Positions 38,715-53,099 are shown, counted from the first letter of the whole stretch. The stretch: DNA of 55,422 nucleotides, filler included, from Bipalium vagum (GCA_037834085.1; 3 parts of 3 records of this genome joined end to end with filler, not necessarily neighbours in it); one strand, 5' to 3'. The notes: a model not told the origin generated them from the letters alone. Numbers and translations: made by a program.

Positions 38715-40367
38715 TTGTAGTCTACTGTCCAAGACAACCATTTTTGAATTATCTGGCATCATGTCATAGCAAGTACTGTGTTGAAAGAATGCATAGAATG
38801 ATTCAGCTTCATCTGGCAATATAATTAAACAATAAATTAAAAATAATTGTTCAATTTTTAATTATTTCACGAAATAGAATATTTTTCCAAACTTTTAATA
38901 CTAAAATAAATAAATGCATGCACATTGACTGCTCTAACCGCTGAGCTACATAACCCGACTAATTTTCAATATATCTCACACCAATGATATAAGTTTATCC
39001 AGAATTTTGAATGTAAAAAAATTCGGGTTATGTTCTTTTGAATGGAACCTTGATCGAAGAAACTTTATTGACAAAAAAATCATTCATGTGTTTGAGCAGA
39101 TAGTCTGATGGTGACAAGGCTGGGCAAAAAGGAGGATGAGGCAAAACCTCTTACTGCAAGTAAAGTAATTTTTGTATATTCATTTAAAAAAAAAGAGGTC
39201 TTCCGTTATCAAGAAGCAAAATAGACCCCTTTCGATTTATCAAACTGTTTTTTCGCAAAGTTTTCTATACATTTTTTTCTATAATATAAGTTTTCTATAA
39301 CTATTTTTTTTCATAATTTTTTTGGCTTTCTAAATTTCTTACAATACCCATGAAATATGAAAATCTCCCGCTGTTAATTGTTTCTTTTGAAGATTCTGAA
39401 ATATATTATTGATAGGTTTAAATATTGATAACGTGTTCTCAATAAGGCACTAAAATTCATCACACAGCTCTTTAAAGTCAACCGAGTACTTTATAAAAAT
39501 TCTTTGAGATCTATAAAAATCGACCACATGCACATGTGGAATTCTACAATGTGACACAATCTAAATTTAGCTTCTTATATTTTTCAGATTTTAAAAATTA
39601 AGCAGCATGATGGTTTTGAGTTTTTAACTACTCTCCTAGCAGAATTAATAATGAAATGAAAACTTCGAAAAAGGTTTTTTGTAAATAAAATCAAGTTGAA
39701 ATATAAATTTTTCAATATTATTTATCAATAAAAAAACAAAAAATATTACTTAAGGTATGAAGTCCCTCAGCCAAGAAAGTAGATGCGTCCTAAAACGATA
39801 AAATAATCAGCATTGATATTTAAAATTTCAATGAAAAAATTCTGAAATATAATAATAAAATGAAGCTTTATTGAATTGAACCAAAATTTTACTGATTAGC
39901 AAGAAGTTTTCACACTAGTTTAGAGTTATTTTCTAAAGTCTTATTATCTTATACTTGAACTTTTTTACTTTATATTGAATTCTGTCTGTAAATATTCTAT
40001 TACCAATTTATGAATTTCCTAAAATAAAAGAAAATGCCATGAATTAGTATTATTGATTTATTTGCTGTGTAATATTAACTTAATAAAATATGAGTAGGTC
40101 TTTGAAATAATCAAGAGATTTCATAATCAATTCGAAAACACTTTTAGTAAAGAATAATACATACCCTGGTGGACGATTTACTGAGAATGACATACTGATT
40201 GTTCTCTGTAATTCTGTTAACTCCAAACCTATATGCTGCTTCAATTGTCTCATTTCCAAGATCCAGAGTTGGTCTGGCTCCACAGAGCGCGTCAACAATT
40301 CTTTTCGACGTTTCAGATACAGTAAGATTTTGCTCTGATTTTGATATTGAGCTTCTGACCATTTTTT
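38715..40367 (-). CDS. AMP-activated protein kinase gamma subunit (PRKAG/SNF4A-gamma-like), three internal exons leading into CBS1
   Basis: Exons 40367-40165, 39789-39750 and 38812-38715 splice in frame to ...SKSSTR|DASTFLAEGLHTL|NEAESFYAFFQHSTCYDMMPDNSKMVVLDSRLQ|. This matches the AMPK-gamma motif [26 protein letters not shown]. Downstream CBS exons are not found in this contig. Confidence 0.85.
38926..38957 (-). pseudogene. tRNA-like 5' fragment (acceptor 5' strand + D arm) or SINE head
   Basis: Reverse strand CGGGTTATGTAGCTCAGCGGTTAGAGCAGTCA has an A-box and a GCTC/GAGC D stem. No anticodon arm or T arm follows. Confidence 0.5.
39030..39600 (-). mobile_element. Degenerate mariner fragment
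   Basis: KGSILLLDN and EVLPHPPFCPALSPSDYLL motifs. Confidence 0.7.
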
Positions 40368-40749
40368 CTAATCATATAATATGAAATAAAAATACTCTAA
40401 ATGTCATTAACCAGTCCATATTTCATGGATTGGGTAGGTTTATAACTTAGTTTATACTTGTATTTATGAAATTTCAAAATAAATCATCCTCAAAATTTTT
40501 GAATAAAATAATCTTTTAATTAGATAAAACCTTTAAAAGAATATTAAAGGCCATTAAATGTAGTTTTCATATAGAATTTTTTTATAGATAAACCTTTTAA
40601 ATTATTATTATTATATATACTCATAAAAATTAATAAATGTAAAAATTCTTTATAGTATCAACAAATTATAAAATTTATAATAAATAAGATAATCTTGTTA
40701 TTTCTATTTTTTCAATATATGATGATTTTGAAATAATTAAAATAATCAA

Positions 40750-41280
40750 CAGTGAACCTCTTAAATCTCTTCCTAAATCTAAGTTGCACCAACGGAAGAG
40801 TTTAGTGGTGTTCCACTAACCTGGTCCATTATAAATTCTTGAAATTTGGTCAAAAAATTACTGCCGAAATGTATCAAAACCTGAAGTGCATCTTGTTCAA
40901 TAGAAAAGGACTATTGCTTCTTCATGATAACGCTAGAGCGCAATCTACCGTACAAAATTTGAATCAGTTTGATATTGAAATTCTGTCTCATGCAGTCTAC
41001 TCACCAAACGTTTCGACTACTGATTATTATTTCTTCAAACATTTTCAAAACTTTGCGAGAGTGCCTAGTACAATAATTATTCTGTCATTAAAACCATTGA
41101 CAATTTTGTAACATTTAGAACTCCTGATTTTTAATGAATCGGAATGAATAGGCTTCTGACTCATTGATAGAAATGTGTAAAGTTTAATGGTTTCTATTTT
41201 GATAAAAGAGATTTTGCTTAAGCTGTGATTTATTCATTTGCAGTTCAATGTTAAAAACCATCATTTATTTCTTCAAAAAC
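40750..41280 (+). mobile_element. Mariner 3' fragment
   Basis: PKSKLHQRK, NRKGLLLLHDNAR and HAVYSPNVSTTDYYFFKH motifs. Confidence 0.85.
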
Positions 41281-42079
41281 TAACTGTAAAAAAAACTAAC
41301 TTTCTAACTTTAAGTGAATGAAATGTTATAAATTTAACTTTGTAATTAGAATCTCCTTTTCAAGGACTTTTAAATGATACTATTTTTTTCACATTAATAA
41401 CATTATTAAATGATATGGTAAAACAAGAACTTTAAATAACTAAAAAAATGAATAACTTTTGACTCAAATTGATATACTAATAACTTAAAACAAAGTACCA
41501 ATAATTAAGCTTTAAAATTACAATGGAAATTCAAATTTGGAACAATTTCTGATTTGGATCAACTTCAAAATTTGAACAATTAATTTGTAATAATCATATT
41601 TCTCCATAAATATATAAAAAATTAAATCCTTGATCAAAAATTTTTTATGTTTTGATAATGATTAAAAATATATATAGTAGTTTTATCTAGTTTAAATTAA
41701 CTTAAATATTGGCTTATGATCTTATGTCACATGATGCTATAATTTCTAATTTGTTTTTCATATTTATTTTTATAGCCATCTAAGAATTTCTAAAGAAACA
41801 TATTAAAATACAAATAAAAAATGTGTATTTAAACAAAACTAAATATTATTATTGCTATTAAAAGAAATGTGAATTTTTTATTTAGGAAAAAATGGCGTAC
41901 AATTAAGCAAATTGGGCTATAAACTTAAGGGAATGGCTACAAATCATCCTGATGGAATAGGGTTTCAGAATTTGAGGGCTAATAAACGATATGTGTATTA
42001 AGCGACGTACTATTAAGCGGCTTCGATTGTAAGATAAATATGATAAATTAAAATTTTCACTATGTACATTATTGGTACA

Positions 42080-43150
42080 TATTTGGTTGTTCGGAAAGTA
42101 GTTGCGTTTTTTTGATAAAAAAGTCAAATTATTGTGGTATACATATATTTTAATCAATTACATATTGATCGTTCTGGTCCAACATACTTTGCCATCTTTG
42201 TGAGAGTTGCAGAATTCCACGTTCATAACAGGTTACATCTTTACTCACGAAAAACTGATCCAAGTGATTTTTCACCTCATTTGAACTGAAACTTTTACCA
42301 TCTAAAAAATTGTATAAGAACCGAAAGAGGTAATAATCAGAAGGTGCCAGATCTGGTGAGTATGGTGGATGTGGCAACATATCCCATCCAAACTATAACA
42401 GCTTCTAACGAATGTACAAACTTGTATGAGGTAGGACATTATCCTTCTGGAATATCACACGTTTTCTGTTATCTCAATTCTAACCTTCTTTACTTCATGG
42501 TTTGTTTCATGGTCCATTTGATTGCAGTACGCTATATAATCTATTGTAGTTTTGTTCGGTAGAAGATGAAAGTAAAGTATTCCTAAAAAATCACACAAAA
42601 CAGAGAGCATTATTTTCTTTTGATAAATATTGGCTTTGGGAGTACTTTGAACCGACTCACCTTCTGTACGCCATGGTCGTTTCCGTTTTACAATGTTGTA
42701 TAAAATCTATTTCTCGTTGCTGGTTACTAGGCGGTACAAAAAAAATCATTTTTGACGTTGCAGAAGCAATTCACAAATGTCAATCCGACACACCAAATCT
42801 CGTTCTTTAAGAAATTGAGGTACCCATGTATCCTGCTTTGAAACAAGACCAACCCTTTTCAAATGATTATGAACTGTTTAATTTGATAAATTTAATGTTG
42901 TAGCAATCTCTCGTGTCGTAATTTGTCTTTTTTCTTCTACCAATGCCATTATTTTACCTTCATTAGCCTCGAGTGGTCTGACACTAAGTTGTGCATCTTC
43001 AATATTGAAATTACCGGAACGATATTTTTGAAACTAGTATTGGCATTGGCAAATTTAGAGAACATCATCTTCATAAATTTCTATCATTATTTTCCTTGCT
43101 TCATTTGCCTCTTTAAATTTTCGGAAATAATAAAGTAATATATATGACAT
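42080..43150 (-). mobile_element. Degenerate near-full-length mariner (DD34D)
   Basis: LPHPPYSPDLAPSDYYLFR intact, TWVPQ upstream, and TIR-like TTGGTTGTTCGGAAAGT at ~42082. Confidence 0.9.
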
Positions 43151-43906
43151 ATTTAAAAAAAAATATAAATATAATAAACGTATATCAAATTAAGCAGTAC
43201 TTCTTTCTTAAAATTCGTTTGATCAATTTTTTATTTTTTAATAATCTTTATATATTATAGTATGTATCTATATATCTCAAAACCATGATAAGCTTGTGTA
43301 ATATAAAAAATTATTTTCATTATGAAATATAAAAATAATACATAAATAAACTAACGAAAATAACCGTGTCCAAAATTTGTGGATCCATTAACCCAGTACT
43401 AGAAATAGATTAAAATTAACAAAATTCAAATGCTAATATAAATAATTCTAATGGCCTATTATATTAATAATTTTCAAATATTAAGAGTATTTAAAATTGC
43501 TGTTTTTTTCTATAATTTTATTATTGAAGTTTGAAAAATATATTAAATTTTTAATCAAAAAATAGGCTTAACTCAGTTAATCATGGAAAACATAAATATA
43601 TGAAAATAAAACATGAATAATGATGTTTACAAATAAGCCAAAAAATTAAACATTCAATTAATTTTTACAAAATGATATTAAGAATACAAGCCTGAAAATC
43701 GATGAAAAAAACTAATCAAATTTTGAAAATCAATAATTTTTAATTAAATTAAATATAATAATTAAAGATAATTGAATAAATAATGATATTTAATTATATA
43801 AATAATAAAAGATACATCTAAGACAATACATATGTTAAAAATATTTGTAAAGAATTTTAAACATTATTGTATTATTTAAATAAAAAAACAGTACAATTAC
43901 ATTTAC

Positions 43907-43986
43907 TTATTCTGGGTTCACCCAAAGACACCTCGCAAGATAATTTGGGAAGAGGACCACAAGGAAGGTCATGACCAATAATAAAA
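43907..43986 (-). CDS. Probable upstream exon of the AMPK-gamma gene
   Basis: ttcttAG|...|GTaaat, 80 nt, open (FIIGHDLPCGPLPKLSCEVSLGEPRI). Ends in phase 1, matching the 40367 acceptor. Confidence 0.55.
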
Positions 43987-45069
43987 CTAAGAATAATAAA
44001 TAAATACTACCAATAAAATTTTAATTTGAAAAAGTAGTGTCGTCATATTCATATTACAAATCGAATTACATTTTATCTTTTAAGTGTTTGGGATTTCTTA
44101 TTCATAATCTAACTCATTTGTTCTCTTTGGTGAACTATTAATGTTTTTTTCGTTTACATAGTTGTCTTTTCATTAATCAATTGTTTGATATAATTGATCC
44201 AGTCGATTAGGATAAAGGGAACTGGTATTTTTGGAAAATTTTATATTTGTGTAAATCATTGTGTTGTCAATTTTTGCCGTTTTATTACTGAACTGATTAT
44301 TTTTCTTAAATCATTAATACAAACCATTTTGTAAGGGGAAAGATCAACTTAAAGATTAAATATTACTTACTTAAGTAATACTACTAGTTTAAAAACGTTT
44401 ATAAAAATAAATATAAAAAATAATTTCATTAAATTAAAAAAACTAGATACATGTGAATCATGTTTAAAGTAAGACATTAAAAATATCTAAATATTGATTT
44501 TTAAAAAATTAAACAATTAAAATAGTTTATATGCATATAATATAATAACTGAAATAAATTAAACAGAGCATCCAGGATCTGAATAGTAATTGAATAAAAA
44601 AAAATAAATTGAACTAATTGCTGAATTTTTTATTTTACTTATTATAAATTTATGTTAAATCAATTTTTTGAGTATATCATGCCTACAAATAAAAATTGGT
44701 TATCGGCAATATTAGAAAATAAGACTTGTCAATTATAATCATTCAATAAATATTAATCCTTTTTCAAAAGAAAATTTATAGCTTCTCTGTATTAAAAAAT
44801 AATTATCGTACTATTATTAGATTTTCAGAGTATTATAATCTTTAATTTTTAAAAACGTAATAATAAATAATAGTTAAATAATTTACAAACTCGAAAATGA
44901 TATATATGAATATGAAATAATAATATATGAAAATTTATCAATATAACCAATTTTATAATATATTTATAATTAATAAATATAATTAATATATTAACTTTTT
45001 CAATTTATTTTTCAATTCTCTCACTGTCAGAAAATCAGCCTAAAATTTTTATATAAAAAATATTCTAAG

Positions 45070-46380
45070 TCATATTGGACGTAAACAAAGAAAAAAAAGA
45101 AGACGAAAAACCGTTAACATCAACATTGGGAAACGATAGAAACATGAAGGACCATCAGACCTTGAAGAACTCAAATAACATCGTCGTACTGTTTTCCCAT
45201 TCAACTTCACAAAAATCATCCAGGTCAATGGAATGCAACATAGAGAGAAAGACCAACTTCTAGAATGGCTGGATAGCATCAAGACTTCCAGACTCCAAGA
45301 AAAAAATCTACAATCCTAGACCCACGAAACTGGTAATCTCCGATTGAGCTCAAATAAACAAGCTCAGAATTAATTCAATTTCAGCCGTCATCTTTAACAT
45401 CTCTTAGAGAAAATAATGTTAGAAAGAATGATGCCAAGAAGATTTCAAAAATTCTTATGGTAAAAAGAAAACAATGTTCAAAAATCAATATAAGCTCTAT
45501 CCTATGCAAAATAACTAGAAGATTGGATTTGTGACGAGAAGCTGATATACAAAATCTGAAATCATTAGAAACTTAGATTAGACACATCAGGAAATTCACA
45601 CTAATTGTGAAATTCGAGAATGTCAAATCAATGTGTTATCGATATGCAGACGTATTCTGGTCTGAGTTATCATAGGTATACTAGATAGACACAAAAGTAT
45701 GAGAAAAAGCTCGACAAATAATGTAAGACTGCCACATCGCAGCATTCTGCGATACCGCCAATAGTTTATTGAAGGTTGAAAGGGGATTAAGACATGGTAA
45801 TCGTCTATTTATGTAACTTTGTAACAACGATAAATACCATGCTGATAGAAAACAAACGAAATTTCCTTCAGATGGAATTTGCAGTACTGGCATCGTTACC
45901 AGCAACACCCGAGATCTTCAAAATATGGTGAAAATATGCGATTGGTGTTATACAGTGATCAGGAAGGACAGCCAGCGCCTACAAATGCGAGTTCTTAAAT
46001 CTTTCCAAGAAAAATGATGGCAAAATAAATAAAAAACACAGCTCTAAACCAAATACATAATGCCCATTGTGCGAAAAAGACTGTAATTTACTTGATATCC
46101 TGGTTAATTTGTTATGAGCACTTAAAGACGAATGAGAAATACACTCGACAGAAAATGATTTTTACAAGTCAAAACCTAATTCATGATATACAATTGGTCA
46201 ACAAAGAGCTAAAAAGATATAATTATTGACCTCGAACTAGGAAGAACATGGTACTATGAGCTCAGAACATTTATAATCGGATAAGGAGGATTGTGGAGTC
46301 CAACAAACTACCAAGTAATTGATACATTAGGAGACAAGCATCTAAAACTACCACATGTCAATAATAACCATATCTTATAT
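45070..46380 (+). mobile_element. Degenerate non-LTR retrotransposon, REL-endonuclease (R2/NeSL-like) type
   Basis: RGLRHGN (RGxRQGD-like RT motif), DLQNMVKICDW, CPLCEK..LLDILVN (CCHC-like) and FIIG*GGLWSPTN..IDTLG (REL C-terminus-like). Many stops and deletions. Confidence 0.6.
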
Positions 46381-49119
46381 TTGAAATAAATCAACGTTTA
46401 AACGTTATTTTTATAAGTTTATTCTAAATTAATTTCTTTATCAAATTGCAAAAATTTACTCGATAATCAGAAATAGGTTCAATATATTTATTTCAATTGA
46501 CAAATACAATAGTCTACAACCATACAACAAGAGTCTAACAAGGTTTTAATTTTAATTTTTAAAAAAAAATTATACAAAGAAAGAAATTAAGATCAGAAAG
46601 AAGGAAAATAAGTTTACAATTTAATCATAATTTATTTTATTTTTTGCAAGATTCTTTTACATCACTTATTTTGTAGTTTAAGAAATGGAATATATGATGT
46701 ATGACATACACAGGTACTCGCAATAAACTCAAAAACACTAATCTAGAATATCCTTTGAAAACTGAAGATATTAATCACTAAGAGAATTATGTGAATAAGT
46801 TAAAACAAATAACGAATTCTCATGACATTTCGCAGAACGTGAACAATTAAAAAACATCGTATTAAAATGATTAATTTCAGGGGTTAAGCAATTGCAAAGG
46901 TATGGTACAAAACTACCAAAATAATTAATCAATAATTCTCAATTAAATTTACATCATAATAAGCAAGTCCGATTAATTAAAAAATCGCAGTCATTCCAAA
47001 ATAATGACATTGTCATAGTTTTAACGGTTTATCAGTTTCAATTTATCTTTTAAAGAAACTTTATTTCTATAAAATTGTAATATGATGAAAATTAAACCTA
47101 CGTTTATTCGAAAACTGAATAATCTTAGAAGACAATATTAAAGTTCTCATCAAATAATTCTGTAAAATAACTTTAAAAATTCAAATTAATTTAATTTTAT
47201 AATATCCAAAAGGCTTTAACTCCTAATTACAAATGTACTGTTGAATGTTTTTTATAAGACTTACACTGGCAATATAATTCTACCAGTGAAAGTACATGAA
47301 ATCCAGACTAAACACCATAAAAAAAGTAAAACGGAATTTCATTAAGTCTTAACTCTGAATCAGCCACGGTTTGCTTCATAGAAAGAGTTAGTCATTCCAT
47401 TTCTAAAAATATTCTCTAGTTTTTGATATACAGACAAATTATTTTAGACATATTTTTATTATTTAGAGTCGATAATATTAATAAAAGTTACCTTGTAACT
47501 AAATGAATAATATAAATTTATTATAAAAAATAAGGTAAATTGTATATGTTTCTCGAAATATTTTTGTTGTTGAAACCTTATATCACTCCAAAATAAAATT
47601 GTTATTTAAATTTGAACGCCCTTGAATAGATTAAGTTAACATTAAAAAATAATTTAATAAATAATTATCTGCATGGTCAGAAATTTTCTATAAAATATTT
47701 ATTTGTTTTAGTTTTATAGTTATCACAAGTATAGAAAAGATAAAGATCCTCATTTGTGACAAATAAAAGTTTTGAGAATATGTATTGTAATAATTATTTT
47801 AAAAATTCTGGTTTTCATATTAAAGTGCTACATAAAATTATAATAAATTATCTTTTCGCTAAAATTAAAACAATAAAATATCTAAATTTAAAACAATGAA
47901 CTATATATTTACCGATATGAAAACAATATAAGTATCTGGCAATCACGATACCTATATTTGTATAACTTTGATTTTAAGAAAAACCAAGTAACCAGTTTTG
48001 AAAATATTGATTGAAATAATCTTGTTTAAGAAAATAATTATAAGTTTGTTAATTGTGTCATTTATTGAGTGTTAACATTTCAACACCATATTCTGTTTCT
48101 TATACAATATCTGCAAAAAGTATTCGTACGATCACTATTTCATAATTAAAGTTAGATTTTTCATAGCAAATTTCATGGACTTCTTAATTTTTTTTCTGTA
48201 TTAGTCTAAGCACTTTTATCCAAACTACGTATATACTTGATAGAAAATTCATAATTTATAAGTAGGTCAAGCAATAAGTAGGATACTCATAGCGAATAAA
48301 TTGTTGTGAAAAAATCTGATTTCTATTTTTCTTTAATATTTAGAATCAAAAATCTTTGTAGCACAGAAATAAAAATTAAAGATGAACGAAAATCAAATTG
48401 AAAAATTATTCCCCAGTCATTTGATTTAAGAAACTGAAAATTATATTGACAGTATATTGACTTTATATTTATTTCTAAAATCAGTAGTACTTGACTATCA
48501 CATCATATGTACTATTACTTTATTCAAAAGGGCATAACGGAAACAAGTTTGATACATTTATTGGATTCATGTTGAAAACCCAACACAATCCTCTGTTATG
48601 ATCTCCTATACTTGTCTGTCATACTTTAAACTAATCTTTTTAAAATTTTTATAAAATAAAAACCTAATTGTATTGATTTTCTAATAATGATAATAAAATT
48701 CTGGGAATATAAAAGAAATCGTAGGCGGCAAATAGGTTTAATATTTGATTTCTAATTTGGCTTGATTTAGCTGTGAGAAATCTATTAATATTTTCTGTAA
48801 CAAAATTAGAATTCCTTCTTATTACAATTTTAGAAAGAGATGGTGGGGATGAAGATGGGCAATACTAAACAATTAATTTCATTTTTAAAATTTTTACTTA
48901 CACTGAATATCAAATGGAATATCGAGGAAGAACAGAAAAAGTTTTTCTGAGATAAGTGATAATCAAGAATAAATAAATGGAGATGAGAAAAATGTTAAAA
49001 TTTTTTTCAATTTTAAATTGGAAAAAATCTGTTTTTCATTTTATATCTAATTTAGTAAATGAGTTTTTTGTTTTCTTAGATTGTTCAGAACATTTTGCAC
49101 ATTCATTTTAAAACAGCAT

Positions 49120-50104
49120 AAGGTAGCTGAAACAAAAGATTTATTCATTAAAATAAAAAAACATTAGCGTTTACACAATTTTCCCAATGAATTGGTAGAT
49201 TTTCCATTAGTATACTACCTTGAGTCAATGAACTGTTCCAATTCCATTTTTAGCACCTCTTTGTATTGAAATCTTTTTCCATTCAAATAATTTTTTAAAT
49301 GTTTGAATAAATGGAAATCAGGAGCGAGAAATCAGGTGAGGAAGGTGGATGTGGCAAATTTCATAATGTAGGCTGACTTTTCAGTTTATCCATAGTTTGC
49401 TTTGCTATGTGCGATCAGGCATTGTCATGCAATAAAATCCGGCCTTTCTATAGATCAATGCTGGATACATTCTTTTCAACTTTTCTTACATAATATCAAT
49501 TTCTAGGGATTATTTCTCAGTTGTTATCATTTCTCCATTTTCCAAGTAACCCTTATGAATCACTCCTTTTGAACATTACAATACCGTAACCATTATCTTT
49601 TTATCGAGTTGACTCGGTTTTGGGTAGGACATCATATGACTGGAAACGGTTCCAATACTGATATCTAGACTTTTGGCAAGTTTTCTTATTGTTATTAGTC
49701 TAACCTATTCTACTAGAGCCTTTAAATCCTTGACATCAAGTCTGAAAGGACAACCATATCGTTCTGCATCTTCAAGGTATATATCTCCATTACGGAACTT
49801 CTGGTACCGACATCGTACTGTTGACTTATTTACACTACCATGGTTCCGAACTTCATTAACATTTTTTTCAGCTGCTTTTGTCGAAACTCATAAAAATAAA
49901 TTTTGTGCAAATCGCGACACGAAATCTTATATTAAAATGGGAAAAAGGTAGTCAAAATTTAATTTAAAATCCAAACAGATGAATACTTTAAATAGAGCAA
50001 TATATAGGCTTCTAAATAATATATAATATTAAATAATCTTAAATTAATTATTTAAAGTTCTAATGCACATAGACAAAAACGTGTAAAACTTTCTCGGCAA
50101 CCTA
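49120..50104 (-). mobile_element. Degenerate mariner
   Basis: VRCRYQKFRNGDIYLEDAERYG, ILLHDNA and LPHPPSSPD motifs; TIR-like TTAGGTTGCCGAGAAAGTT at the right end. Confidence 0.85.
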
Positions 50105-51255
50105 AAATTTTTCACTTTGTATTAGAGGTAATCGAACTTAATCATGAAATTAAAGCAGAGTAATTTAACCTCTTTTGAAAACAATTTTTAACAGAACTCA
50201 TCATAAGTTTTATGTAGTATCTATTTTATATATATTATAAATTCCTTACCTGTCTTTTACCACCTAATTATTAATTAAATTAATTATTATTAGTAATTAT
50301 TAAATAAATTAAGAAAAAATGAATTATCTGTTATTCTTTTTAGTAGAAATATTATTTCCATTTCTGAAAATAATTATTTTAATTAAAGATAACTATCAGG
50401 GTTTTCATAGGCAGAATTCTTAAAATTCTCTAAAATATTAAAACACTATAAAACAAAGAATAATCAACGAATAGGAAGCAAATTTTCATTTTACAATAAC
50501 TAAAAACAAACAAAATTTGATATAAAATTCGTTTATGATTTTAGAACAATAGACAAAATAAAAATTAGAGAAAAGTCAAAGAAATTGTAAATTTTGTTTT
50601 CTGTTTTAAAACTATTTTATATTAAATATGAAATGAATTATTTTTAGATAAACACAACTAAAAAAATAAAGTAATTAACTTCTTCAGAAATTTAAAAATA
50701 TTTATAAATTATTATAAAACGTTAGTTTTTGTAATATTTAATTTAAATATTTTTAAAAATAAAATTATAAAATATTAAAAATGTTACACATGACATTCCT
50801 TATCCCAAAAATAATATCTTTCGTTTATTTTCCAGATGTATTAAATTAATCATTTTTGCGAGCCATCATAATTGAATTAACAAATGAAATTTACTAAAAT
50901 TATTAAAAATTTATTTCAAATAAACATGTACATGAGAATGAAAAAAATTTTAATTGATAAATTAGAAAATTTTTTTGATTTCAGAGATATTATTAACCTG
51001 AATAAAATATAGGCGCAACTAATTCTTCGCACTTTAAGGCAATCATAAACAAATTTCAAAATATAAAGATTTCGAGAGTTAAATTATCAAACTGAAAACA
51101 ATTTTTATTAAAAGGATCAAAGGTCCTTTTTATATAACCAATGTAAACAAAGACTAATTTTCGGATTCTCTTATCAGACAGGGGTAATAATAATGACTTA
51201 TAACAATAAAATCCATAGTTAAATTTTCCATTAAAAAAAATGAAAAAAGCCGTAC

Positions 51256-51876
51256 TTGATCATCGTGCGTACTTTTCAAAGGGCTCCGACAAAACGTTAA
51301 AGAACTTTTCGGTTCGTATTCTGGCAACGAAGTTGGATCAGGAAGCTTGAAATGTTTTCGATCACAATGAGGTCCGGAATTTGATCTGATTCGAAATGTA
51401 CCATCAAATAATTTATCCTTCGTCATTTTATCACTGGCAACATTTCCAGTTTTGCTTTGTCTTTTCAGTTTAATGTAATCGGGTATATTGCTTGTTAAAT
51501 CATTGTGATTACATTGATTACCAGTGAGCTCTTTCTTCTGGAGAATAGTGAACAATTGTGGGTTACAGAATTCGTTATATTTTGACGATTTTGGTGGAGG
51601 ACATTCTAGGCAACGGTTTTGCAATTGGGAATAAAGCATTTTTGCCATTGGTTTTTGGAAAACATTTGGCGTTATTGTTAACGACTCAGATTTCGGTCTT
51701 TGTTTACCGATGTTTTGTATGTTTTTGAACAAATTCCCTCGTCTTGTTTGGGTACTTTCCGATAATTGATTGATGAGTTTTTTGTCTTCGGTTTTCAAAT
51801 TTGTGTTTATATTTACATTCTTTAAATTAAGTTCCGATGGTTTTGGGATTTTGGAATTACCGTCCTTATTTGACAT
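51256..51876 (-). CDS. First coding exon (207 aa, low-complexity K/N/S/P-rich); possibly the N-terminus of the long AMPK-gamma isoform
   Basis: Acceptor ttgttcgcAG|ATG, 621-nt open frame, donor CAA|GTacgg. A GTAAGT donor at 52087 could supply a 5'UTR exon. Linkage to AMPK-gamma rests only on strand and position. Confidence 0.65.
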
Positions 51877-53099
51877 CTGCGAACAATAGAGTAAAACAAA
51901 TTGTTTATTTATTTGACATTAATATAAACTCGGTAATTCAATAACTTTGAAATTAAAATATTAAATCCAAAAAAAAGTTAAATTTTCACATAAGATTTGG
52001 CAAAATCACTCTTACGAAATTATAATATGAAATTATTTTACATTTAATTTGCAAAAATTCTCAATTATTTATAGAAAAACAACTTACTTTGACTATATAA
52101 TTTCCTATAAAATCAATAATTTTTAAAATATAAATTTTATAAGATGAAATTAGAATTAGCCAATCAAAGATTGTCTACAATTCTTTTTCTATGTCATTCA
52201 AAAATAGGTTACTGACTTATTTTCTTCTCTTCAAATTATTATTATATAGAGTATTTGGATGGTTTTTCATGTCTCATTTTTTCGAAACCAAAAGTTTGTA
52301 AAATAATGCTTTTAACAACAAGAGAATGTAATATTTGTCTGGTTGAAAAATCTTTAAATTGACAGTATCTAGTTTATTAAGTAATTTTATTTTCATTTGT
52401 TTTATAAAATTTATAAATTAAATTATTATTAATTATTAACATTTCAATTATATAGTGTATTATTTAAAATTGTGTATTTATGCAATTAAAGTGCTTTTTA
52501 TGTTCACTGATATTTTTTGATTGAAATATAGCTCTAATCAGTATGAAAAACTATGTAAATTTAATATGTACGCTATTTGAGATAAAAGTTCTACGTCTTC
52601 TTAGTCAAGCTTAAATAAATTTTAGTGTAGCATATTTAATTATAAAATTATATATAACTATTTAAATATAATTGTATAAAATCTTTCTAAAGGTTTTCAA
52701 AAAGTTAATAATGAGAAATTAGCAATAATTTGTCTATTTATGAGATTTTAATGATATTAATGAGTTAAAGTTGGGAAATTAAAATTTATTGATATTCACT
52801 CATTTGTCAATAATGTGTTCCTAAATAATTAAATGAAAACAATCACAATAAAACTTATTTCGTCAGCACACGGTACACAAATGAATTTCCGATAAAATTT
52901 TGGAAAATAAATGAACAAATCGATCCCAATTCGTAAAAATGTCCCCCAACAATCAATAAATATAAAATGAATATATTGTCGGGTATACCCAAAACACATA
53001 CCCGTCCCAAATGAAAATTGTAAAATTGTGCTCAAAATAATAAGAATAATAATAATAATATTTGTGAAATTGTGCAAAAAATAACAAAAATAATAGCAA

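Noticed and set aside
51874-51879. Trans-splice acceptor directly before ATG
   Set aside because: A strong cis donor (GTAAGT at 52087) gives an ordinary 211-nt 5'UTR intron, so trans-splicing is not needed.
52829-53077. 82-aa hydrophobic ORF with a signal-peptide-like start
   Set aside because: The poly-Ile run comes from (AAT)n-like low-complexity sequence at the edge of the LTR-like unit.
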